A stretch of DNA of 64,000 nt, taken from the NCBI GenBank assembly GCA_040954595.2, contig CM082590.2, forward strand, positions 9,053,764-9,117,763. The letters run 5' to 3'. The DNA is from Balanoglossus misakiensis (Eukaryota > Animalia > Hemichordata). Position 1 is the first letter of the stretch. Every line of letters starts with the position of its first letter. The notes under the pieces are model-generated. The model was not told where the DNA came from. It searched no databases and was given only the letters and a program-made list of their open reading frames with translations. Positions 49,306 through 60,174 of the stretch are shown here, piece after piece. The position numbers and the translations under genes were made by a program.

Positions 49306-52300
49306 ATGGCTAGTGCAGAGTACATTTCCTTCGCTCTAAGTCGGCAGATAAGCTTAGTATTCGCAGAAGACGTGAGTAACTCTCAGGACAAGAGGTCACC
49401 AGAAGGTCATGCTCAGGATACGAATCTGACACTCAACGGTAAGTTCAAGTGATCAGATCGTGATCGATAAACAAAGAGTTTTACTCTGCTCATCGTCACC
49501 TATTATGAGATCCACTAATGTATGATATTCGTTATTCTCGAGGAAAATATTTCCTTTCTGTACACTGACGTACAGGTACATCCCAGTATAACAGATAACA
49601 CAATGTTTATTTCACCCCCCCCCCCCCCCAAATCTCTAGAGCTCCCATCTCCATCTCTTGTTTGTTAATCAGAATAGACTTCATTATTATTTCCGATCTA
49701 TGACTTACATACTTGTAATTTCTGTTTAAATGCTCTCTTGTTATATCTGCATGTGCAAACCCGTTCCCCTTTAGCTACACCTCATTCAATTGTGGACTAT
49801 ACTATAGAAACAAGTTGTGATGTAACTTGCAAATTATACATGTACTGGGGCTTATATAAGAACATGGTTGTCTGGCATTTCATATAGGGATACATTGCTT
49901 GTAGTTTTGTGTCTCATCAGTAGGTACTGTTTTTGCTAAGGTTGGTGGGGAACATTGGTAAATGATATAGGAGCCATGGCAACACCGGTATGCTACCCAA
50001 TCAATAACATATGCAAGGGTACCCCAGTGGTATTTACCTGGATTATACCATCCTTTTCCTTAACAGAAAGAACACTGATCTATATAGAGATCATGTATAA
50101 GGATAGGGAGGGATCATAATATTATGAGTGGGGGTATGGAGTCTGTAAGAGGCCTATGACATCATCATGTTACTTGTAGAGCTGTCTCCCTCCTGCAATA
50201 AAAGTCATCTCATTATTTTTTCAGACTGTGAGTACATTTGGGAAGAAGTGAAATATGCGGATAAAATCAGGAAATTGGGCGATTACTTTGAAGAGAGCAG
50301 TAAAATGCTGCTGCAACAATTAATGAAAGATCAGCTCTCTCAAAAAGGTAACATTCTCTCAAAATGGTGTATATTTTTAAGTGTTCGTATAGGGTGTGTC
50401 CATTAATTTTACTAGTATTCCATACAGTGATGTTTTGAAAAATGATATAGAATTGGTCACTCAGATGCATATACACTATACAATGACCAGTTTATACAGT
50501 TAATTTAAATTTGTTCATATGCATCTCAGTGTAACCAAATTTATTTCAGAACAACAAAAAGCATAATGAATTGAAAGACAATACAATTATTTTCCTTTGT
50601 GTTACAGACAAACAGACGATTCTGAATTTTCTTTGTCAAAGCGGAGCTGTCAGTGTGACAATGGAATCTTCAAGAAACACTTCTTCACAGAAGAAAGGTG
50701 AAAGTTCCACTCCAAGGGTCCAGAAACTACCAGTTTCCATGGAAACATCCACATCTCAGTATCCTGAAAATATATCGGATAATTTATCAGCGAAAGACAT
50801 TCCAACGATATTCGCAGACTCAAATTCTGAAATCTTTTCCAAAAATGTTGTTGGCACAAGTTCACAGTGCAGTGATCGGCCCAGACACGCCAAGAGGGAT
50901 ATGGGTACCACAGAGGGCGGCTTGAAGAAACCAATGTCCAGCTTGGGTAAATCGCCCTCCAGGAGATTCAAAATGGGAAAACCGAGGAGATTTGGAATCA
51001 AGAAAGAAGTGATTCCTGATTACGAACTTGTAGAGGCAACATCTTTGAATCAGGATGTTAACGATCAAGACGGCTGTGTCTCTGAATATGCACCAGTAAT
51101 GCAAGGTCATGTGATACAGAAAGACAATGACTATGTATCAGGTGACTACAATGGAAAGAGAACAATGGCTGTTGTTCAGGAAGAAGATAATGTGCACGCT
51201 GACAGTTCAAATGGAGTTTCTCGTAACAATCCTGTGGGGTCTGTTTTTCAAACAGGTTCATCTGACAATACAGCGATGCTTCGTGCCGACCACATCATGG
51301 CTGATCAAAAGATTGCACTTGATGCGAGCGTGATCAAATCAGGAAGTGGGTGCGAAACTCAGAGCAGTGTTAGTGATGTAGAGAGCACTGAACACAGCGT
51401 GGATCGCTCAGAAGGGAAATTTGACGATGAGCGAAGTTGCGAGGAGTTCGAATCATCAGAAGATGTTCCGTGCAATGTCGAGATTCCTGGCAGCAGTTAC
51501 ATGTACAATGCCGGAGAAAGGAACAGTCATTCAAATCGGGAAGATTCTGGAATATCTAAAGGTGACGTCAGTTTCGTGGAAAGTGTCTCTCATCCAGGGG
51601 GGTCTCGTGAGTACCGGTCAGAGGTCAAAGGTGAAAGTGCACCGTCTGCTGTTAAGGTTGAGTTAGAGCAACGTGCTGTTTCTGACCAGGGGACTTTGCC
51701 TGTGGGAGATTCGACGTCGCAGTTTGACAGCGCGAATTCGGCTGTTCAGGACTTTCAGAATTTCAACCCCGAGGGCGCTGTGCTCGGCGCCGACGTCAGG
51801 GGCGCGGGGCTCGAATACGTTATGCAAATGAGAGGTGGAGACTCGCCGAGCAATGACGGGCGCCTGTACGAAGTTGTAACGCAAGGCGGGAAAACGTCCT
51901 ATCAGTGCGTCGAATGCGGGAAGAAATTCATGCATAAACGTAGTGTGAGTTTCCACGTGCGCATGCATAATGAGCGCAGGATCTACACGTGTAATATATG
52001 CGGGGCGAAAACGCTTTGGAAGAGCAGTTTCCGACGCCACCTGAAACTGCACACCGGCGAGGAACTCTTTGATTGCCACCACTGCGGGAAAAGTTTCCAG
52101 ACGAAATGTATCCTGATGTGTCACATGAGAAGCCATACCGGGGAGAAACCTTTCAAATGCGACGTCTGCAAGAAGTCGTTCAGTCAGAAGAACGTTCTCA
52201 AGACGCACATGCGCGTGCACACGGGTGAACGACCGTACGAGTGCCACTTCTGCAAGCGGCGCTACAACAGCAAGGACTATCTGGCACGACACGTCAAATT

Positions 52301-52424
52301 CCACACCGAGAAGAAGAACTTCCAGTGCGGACAGTGCGAGGCCATTTACGACACCAAGCGCGAGCTGTCCGCCCACATGTGGGTGCACACGGTCGAGGCA
52401 ACGTATCTGAGTGAAAAGAACTGA
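49306..52424 (+). CDS. ZNF-8: C2H2 zinc-finger protein (6 fingers) with the shared N-terminal domain
   Basis: Exons 49306-49438, 50225-50347 (123 nt), 50608-52424. Exon 1 starts MASAEYISFALSRQISLVF; exon 2 = DCEYIWEEVKYADKIRKLGDYFEESSKMLLQQLMKDQLSQK; exon 3 starts DKQTILNFLCQSGAV. Confidence 0.9.
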
Positions 52425-53554
52425 CAAGGAAAAGTTACCCTTTCACCACAATGGTTCAGTCCGAACCCATTGAAAGCTTAGAGATGATCATATATCTTTA
52501 ATTGCAGCATTTAAGATTTAGATTTCATTGTTGTTTGTGAACTTGGGTGGTAAATATCCACTGAAAAACAGTAATTTCTGAGTTTAGGTTCTACAAAGGC
52601 AGAAATCAGTGAAAGTGAGTTTATTGAAAATATTTCACAGAAGATTGATCAGTGTTTTATGTTGTCCCAATTGATGACACTTTTTTATTTCTATCACATT
52701 GTCAGCAAACAGGTGAAATAAAGAATTAAATGACGATAAATCTTGTTGGTCTCTTAGTATATTATTGGTATGATTGGGATTGTGTGGATGATGTATATTC
52801 TTTGTGTGGTATGTTTAGATGAATGGCAGTCCTATCATCATTGTCAACATTGATGAATGTCTACTCCAGAAACGATTTCCTTTCCTCTACCAAACAACTG
52901 AAGAAAGCTGGTCTTTATTCTACTCATGAACACAGACAGAGAATTGATAATTTTTTGTACAGCTATGCAAATAATTCACACAATTATTTGGAAACAACAC
53001 AAGTTAAAAGAAAGCTGAAATGAGTAACTTTTTTGAGTTTGAACAAAATATAGGAACCTCAGACATACACAGCAAAGGAAGAAAATGCTTTTAAACAATA
53101 AATTTGTTTTATTTTCTTCTTACAACAAGGTAAACAAAAACATGACCCCGCCCTGGACCACGCCTACTTGTTGTGTGCCCTCTACGTTCAATGTGTCGTG
53201 TTACAAGGAGACTGAAATTCGTGTCAAATTCCCATTTGATTTCGGATTCCTTTCGGCTTAGAGAAACGCGTAAAAAAGCGACTGATTTCTTTTACTTTTT
53301 CAAGTCAGAACCACACTAACTACATTATCTGAGTCTACAGTAGGCATTAATTTACAGCCTAAAGCGTAAAAGTAAACATTTTGTCCCTGTACTTTAACTT
53401 GATTCCAAACCCGAATCTGAATCTGAATCTGGCATTAACTACAGTGTCAGGTCATGATAAGGTCACCACACCACCTCTGTTTACCAAAACACGTTGATCT
53501 TCAGATCGACGTCTAAAAGTGACTTTTTATCAATGAAAACTGTTTAATGTGAAC

Positions 53555-56192
53555 ATGGATCGCCGAGAAGACATCTCCTTTCGTTTGAGCAGGACAGTAA
53601 CAGTTGTTTTTAACCCAGATTCCGAACACAACGCAGATGTCAACGCCAGGCAACAGTGGACGCATCTTCCTCTGCAAGGTCAGTGTGTACACTTCATAAT
53701 AACTTTGCACTTTCTTGGATCTTTCTTTACGGGGGTGGTTCTCCCTGAGTCAGGAAGACACATCTGTAAAGTTGGACCTCTGAAGAGGAAAATAGGGGTG
53801 AAAGGGGTTAAGGGTTTACTACAGATTTCACAGAACTGAAATATAAACAGTTGTATTTCCCACTATTTCAGACTCTGAGTACATCTGGGAAGAAGTGAAG
53901 TATGCGGATAAAATCCGGAAGTTGGGTGACTACTTTGAAGAGAGCAGTAAAATGGTACTGCAACAGTTACACAGTGATCAAGTATCACAACATGGTCAGT
54001 TGCTAAATATTTCCATTTGTCTCACTTTTGTACGCAGCTAAGTATTAACAGACCTGCGACAGGATTTGTCTGAAACAGGTCCGTCACAGGTGACGTCCAC
54101 TGCAGCAATGGCTGCAGGGCAGACCTGCCACACATCTGACCATTCACATTCAAGAACAGATTCTCATTTCCCACTTACTTACAGTTGTTTTCCGATTGAA
54201 TTTCCAGGAAAATCCAGTATTTTAAATTTTCTGTGCCAGATTGGTGCCATCAGTGTGGATATGGGATCCTGTTCTCCGGAAATATCAGACGGAGTAACGA
54301 TTCCAGGATTGACCTCTCATGGAGTAGGTGATACCATTTTCCGCCCAGCCGAGCAAACGAAGGTCACCCGAGGTCAACCAGAAGATTCTGGAGATGACAA
54401 TATGGACATTGCCACGGAGACTTCTGATAACACAGTTATATATTCGGAACAGGAAAATGACAGCGGTCGCGAAAATGTGGCAGAGTTTCCCGGGATAAAA
54501 GTGGAACCGAATTCAGAGGATGAGAATATGTTTCATGTTGTGGAACAGGAGATGCCGGAGATCAAAGGGATCGTTTCATCCGATGGACAAGATGCGGAAT
54601 TTTTGCGGAATGATGAGGGAGATAATGTGGATACCATAGGGAGGAGAACATTCCGTGTTTCGGAACCACTGAGGAGAAGTCACAGAAAATCTCGCGGCAG
54701 AAAAGTAAGGAAGCTTGCATCTGTGCGTGAAGGTGATAGTGTGAATGTGGAGTCAAATGTGATATCTGAAGTGCAGTCTGAATCTGAGGCTGGGTACGTT
54801 GGCATCAAGGAGGAGTCTAGTTCGGGACAGACAGCGACTGAAACTGCACCACATCCAGTCGCTGTGAAGGAGACCACTGTTGTGTTGCTGCATCACACTG
54901 CAGCTGATGGCAGCCCAGAGGAGATTCCAGACTGCGGCAGTGCTGTTGCTGTCCTTCCGCGCAGTGACAAATACAGAGACAGTGCCGCAGTAGTAGTGCA
55001 CAGCGACGACTCAGGGGGCAGAACAGCAGCGCTTCAGACCACAGTATCTGCTGCAGCATCATACAGTGATGTCACAGGAGAATTCAACAGTGCAGCAGGC
55101 TTGTACAGCAACGCACTTACATCAGTGAGCGCTGTTGCAGACAGCAACATAATAAGTCACTCGCAACCTAGCTATCAGAGTGTGGACCATAATAGACTTG
55201 ATCAAAATACCACATCTGTGTCTTCCGAACCGGAAGATAATATTCTGCAGGACCACAATAGCACACCACTCAACAAAGATCGGGGAAAACCTTCTTCAAA
55301 TCCATACACACCTGTCCAAATTCGAAAATACAACTTTAAACAATCTCACAAGCACGTCGTCCGCCGAGATAATAAGGAACGTCCACACGCCTGCACAGAG
55401 TGCGACAAGAATTTCGTGCACAAGAAAACCTTACAACTACACATGCTTCAGATGCACCATGAGAAGAAAGTGTTTTTCTGCGGAATTTGCGGGGCCAAGA
55501 CGATGTATAAAAGCAGCTTTGATCGCCATATGACCCGACACATGGGGGAGCTTTTCAAATGCGAGTTCTGCCAGAAATGCTTTCGCAGTGAAGTGGTGCT
55601 CGCCTCGCACCGGAGAACGCATTCCCGTAAAAAGACATTCGCCTGCGAGCTGTGCCCGAAGAGATTCGGTCGTCAAGGGCAACTCCAAGTGCACTTAGAT
55701 AAGCACGCAGCCGGCAAAATCGCACACAGAGGACCAAGCACTGCAGGCAAAAACGTTCAGTTATCCAAGCCCAGTTCTGTTGGACGTCTTCCACAATTTT
55801 TGCGCCGAGAGCAACGTAGAAACACCGTAAGAAAATCTAGCATTTTGGCCAGGGAATCAGCACAGGAAACAGGGAGGCCTTCTGGATTAGACCAATCAAG
55901 TACCACCGTGGCCAGGGAATCAGCACAGGAAACAGGGAGGCCTTCTGGAGAAGACAAGCGATATGTTTGCAAGGTGTGTGGGATTCGCACACGTTGGAAG
56001 GGTAGTCTTTCCCGACACATGAAAGTTCACGAGCGGAAACTCAGCTGTGAAACTTGCTCCGAAGGTTTCAGTGATCTTGACCACCTTCAGAGACATTTAG
56101 ACGGCCATTCTTCAGGGAGAAGCACTCATCCAAGTCTCACTACTTCGGTGTCCCCGGAATCTGAATGTGCTACGAACAAGCCTGCAAGTTGA
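53555..56192 (+). CDS. ZNF-9: C2H2 zinc-finger protein (4+2 fingers) with the shared N-terminal domain
   Basis: Exons 53555-53678, 53872-53994 (123 nt), 54208-56192. Exon 1 starts MDRREDISFRLSRTVTVVF; exon 2 = DSEYIWEEVKYADKIRKLGDYFEESSKMVLQQLHSDQVSQH; exon 3 starts GKSSILNFLCQIGAI. Confidence 0.9.
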
Positions 56193-56976
56193 GCCCAATC
56201 AAATGCTTCCGTTCTTGCCGGGGAATCTGCATAGTTATCACAACTGACACCTGTGGCCCGGGAACCAGCGTCAGGTATTCCATCTACCAGCAGAACAGAA
56301 AGTAACGGCGGCCATTGGGAGAATCTGATCTGTATTTAAAGACCTGTGGCTGGTCATTCATGGCATCTTCATGTAGCAGACAAAATGTCTTAATTTTTTG
56401 AGTTGGGAGTTTGAACACAGAAAAGTACGATTCGACTTTGCACTTATTGAGACTTTATATCTAGTGGTTGAAAAAATGCAGAAAAACTTGGACTTTGAAA
56501 CCAAGATTACAAACATGTACAGATTGCATTTAAGTACGAAATGATTTAATTTCCAGAAGTCTGTTTAGTCTTGAAGTTACTGTTGACATTTGAAAGCAAA
56601 TAAAAATTGGTGTATTATAATACAAATATTTTTGTTTGTGTAGTTTTGATTTCTCACAAGTTAAACAGATTGTTACAATGGTTGGCCCTATGCTTTCTTC
56701 CAAACATAGAATGTTTGTTCTGTAGAGATCTCCCGAAAATATTAGTACTTTTGATTATTGCAAAGCCTACAATGGATATATTGCCAGCTTGCCTACTTCA
56801 TTTTTTTTAGATATTCTGTCCCTAAATGAACTAATATCAGAAATAGTTTGGGAGTTGTTAAGATTTTTCAAAGCTGTATAATGAAAAGTCATCCCTTTAA
56901 TAGTTTATCACTGTTCCTCACGAGCACCATCCAGGGAAATCATTGCCTGAAGAAACAAAAGACAATTTTGATAGCT

Positions 56977-57400
56977 CTCAAGAGGGCGCTGGCCTAATGT
57001 TTGACCTTCTGGTCCCACTTTGACCCAAGTAGTATCTTTTGATTGCTTTTTGTTATCGCAATCTCTGATTTATTGAAAAAGCTCAAAACTGTCGTGGTAA
57101 AGCATTGCCAAAGGCATCCACGGTTCGATTTGTTTTCAATATTGACCTGAGGTTGACCCCTGTGACATCAAATACCTGTATTCAAAATGGCGGCGCTTGA
57201 CCCCTGTTGACCTCAATTTCAAAATGGCGGCGCCCATCCACCCAACTTGCACCGTGGATGTATCTGGTTGTGGTCTGGTGTTAACGGTCAGGGAATTGCG
57301 CGAAACTGCCTAACCCTAGCCCTAACGCTAAACGAACACTAACACTAACCAAACCTCTAACCGTTAACATGAGACCGTAACCGGACCGTGTAACGGTGTA
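56977..57400. promoter_or_regulatory. Promoter-like region: CTCF-like motif, two YY1 motifs and an inverted-repeat element enclosing telomere-like CCTAAC repeats
   Basis: CTCAAGAGGGCGC at 56977; CAAAATGGCGGCGC at ~57183 and ~57220; imperfect 26-bp IR 57266-57291/57357-57382 around CCTAACCCTAGCCCTAACGCTAA. Confidence 0.55.
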
Positions 57401-57449
57401 TGGTCGCTGCTGTTTATGTATCCAATGTTTCACGTGTCACGTGGATTCT

Positions 57450-60140
57450 TGTACTTGTTTCATTGGTGGCTGTCGTGACTGTGGAATCAAGAATCCTGGA
57501 GAACCCGTGGACCTTCAAATAAGGAAGAGTAAGTTGATACATCATAATTGTAACTGGCTTCTACACATCACCAGTATCATTCATGAAAGGGGGAGGGGCG
57601 TTTTCAGCAACCCGGAAGTACTGTGGAGGGGGGGGGGGTATTGATAAACAAAGATTACATTATTGATTTTAAAGGAAACAGAACACATAATCCTGTATTG
57701 TGAATTTTAACATAATTCCTAACCTGCCTTTGCCATGTTTCTGTCTGCTTTGTTTCAGGAAGAACTGAATAGTATAGTCACTCCATTTTTTTATAAATAT
57801 ATATACGTATTTATTATATTGTGTGTAGTGTGAATGAACAGCCTGTGTATGTCTGTATGTATGTGATTAGTGAGTTTTGTACTGTGAATGTAGTTTGGCT
57901 CCTATCAAATAATTTATGATTCTCACAATTTTGTGTATTTTTATTTGCAGGTTGTAAATAATATCACTTTTTAAACTTAGGTATCCATTGATAGGATTGA
58001 CTTCCTCGAAAAAACATTTACTTCTGGGACAGTCTTGTGTTTCTTAAGTACTGTAAGCACCAACCAACTCAGAAACCATGGTTACGGACCGCGAAAGAAA
58101 AAAGGTGAGCCTCTCATCTGATAACAACATTGATAAACAAAGAAAAGATTATTGATTAAGGAGTGTGTGCATTTTCATTGAGACTGGTTTCTAACCTGCC
58201 TTTTGCAATGTTTCTGTCTGCTTTGTTTCAGGATGAACTCAATAGTCACTTCTACTTTTTATATTTTTTACAAATAATATTGATAATATTTGCTTGGGAT
58301 TAGTGAAGTTTGTAGAAATTAGGAGTGTACTGTGTATGTAGTTTGGCGCCTACCAAATAATGTTTGATTCTAATTATTTTGTGCATTTTTATTTGCAGGA
58401 TGTAAGTGATATCACTTTTTAAACCTAGGTTTCCATGGAGAGGATTGACATGTGGTTCTGTAAGTCGGAAACCATGGATACAGACCATGAATGGAAAAGG
58501 TGAGAACATTTCCTCACTCATACGACTGTTAAAGGCATTGATTCTTGATTTTAGTGAAAGCAGATCAAACAATTCTTGCATTTACCAAACATTGAGACAT
58601 TGTGTTTCTAACCTGGCTTTTTGCCTTTATTTGGTTCTGTCTGCTTTATTTCAGGATGAACACAATAGTCACTTCTACATTTTATACTATTTTACAAATT
58701 TATATTGATATTTGTCTATTTTGTGTTTGGTTTGAATGAACAGCCTGTGTGTTAGTAGTGTATGTCTGCATGGGATTTGTGAGATTTTTGTGAAAATTGT
58801 GCCCTCAAACTTAACAACATAGGCTGTAATAATTTGTGATTCTCACAGTTTAGTTTATTTTTATTAACAGGAAGAAAATGATATCACCTTGGTAACCTAT
58901 GTTTTCAAGGTTTGGATTGATATGCTCGCAACACCAGTCAGAAACCATGGATACAGACCATGAATGGAAAAGGTGAGAACAGTTGACTTCATTGACTTCT
59001 CAGTTTCCTTACTCTCATGCAACTGATAACAGCATTGATCATAAAGATGTTGTTACTGATTTTACTGAAAGGAGATCAACTTATTCTTGCATAAGACATT
59101 GCGTATGGAAACGAAACATGTTCAAGAGAATTTACCATAGTGCATTACTTTTCATTTCGACTGGTTTCTAACCTGGCTTTTGCCTTTAAATGAGTCTGCT
59201 TTGTTTCAGGATGAACACACTAGTCACTTCTATTTTTATATACTTCTTTATAAATATATTAAGATATTTGTCTATTTTATGTTTGGTTTGAATGAACAGC
59301 CTGTGTGTTAGTTGTGTATGTCTGCATGAGATTTGTGAGATTTTTGTGAAAAACATTCCCTCAAGCTCAACAACACAGGCTGTAATAATTTGTGATTCTC
59401 ACAGTTTTGTTTATTTTTATTAACAGGATGGAAATGATATCACCTTGGTAACCTATGTTTTCAAGGTTTGGATTGATATGATCTAAACACCAGTCAGAAA
59501 CCATGGATACAGACCATGAATGGAAAAGGTGAGAACATTTCCTCACTCATACGACTGTTAAAGGCATTGATTCTTGATTTTATTGAAAGCAGATCAAATA
59601 ATTCTTGCATTACTCAAAGAGATATTTCTGCTTGTGTTTTGTGAATTCAAACATTGAGACATTGTGTTTCTAACCTGGCTTTTTGCCTATTGGTTCTGTC
59701 TGCTTTGTTTCAGGATGAATGCCATAGTCACTTCTACTTTTTATATTTTTTACAAATAATATTGACTATGTTTGCTTGTCTTTTTTGAAATTGTGGAATG
59801 AAAATGAAATAAAATCATAAAATCTTTCATGCTAAACTGAACCGTAATATAATGTGACTGGTATGTTTTTTTCACAGGTATGAGATGTTCGTTTGAGCTG
59901 ATGTGTGGGCCGTCCACATTCCAGACCGGAGTACCTTGTACACCACAGAGTAGAAAAGAGTTGCTTAGTTTGAATTTGTCATTGACATCATGAATAAGTA
60001 GTCAGACAGCCAAGTCCTTAGTTGCGTATTGGCAGTCAACGGATAAGAGAACTGTTTCTGTCTAAAATGTATAAGACACACTCAAAAATAAATTACAAAC
60101 ACTGACATGATTAGAAAATGTTGAATTGTTGGGAAAATAA
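57450..60140 (+). ncRNA. Spliced lncRNA-like or smORF gene built from tandemly duplicated exon-intron units
   Basis: Exon 1 donor GA|GTAAGT at 57528. Repeated exons 57951-58104, 58399-58499, 58871-58972 and 59427-59528, each (C/A)AG|G ... AAAAG|GTGAG. Last exon from 59878 with AATAAA at 60087 and 60135. Exon 58399 has stops in all three frames near its start; no long ORF. Confidence 0.6.
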
Positions 60141-60174
60141 AGATTGCTACTTTTGGGGGTGGCCGTATTTACAG

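Noticed and set aside
11475-52427. Long antisense or alternative-frame ORFs over the finger arrays (11475-11960, 19254-20021, 27575-28234, 29826-30437, 51663-52427 and others)
   Set aside because: These are shadows of GC3-rich, repetitive C2H2 coding sequence. They have no independent motifs or splice structure.
10494-54207. ORF-track N-termini of the large ZNF ORFs (10494, 19305, 26783, 38576, 50571, 54066)
   Set aside because: They are intronic read-through upstream of the exon-3 acceptors. The true N-termini come from exons 1 and 2.
57600-59870. Canonical C/D or H/ACA snoRNAs in the repeated introns
   Set aside because: I could not identify a properly placed RUGAUGA/CUGA pair or a convincing hairpin-hinge-hairpin-ACA. 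Left open as a finding rather than called.
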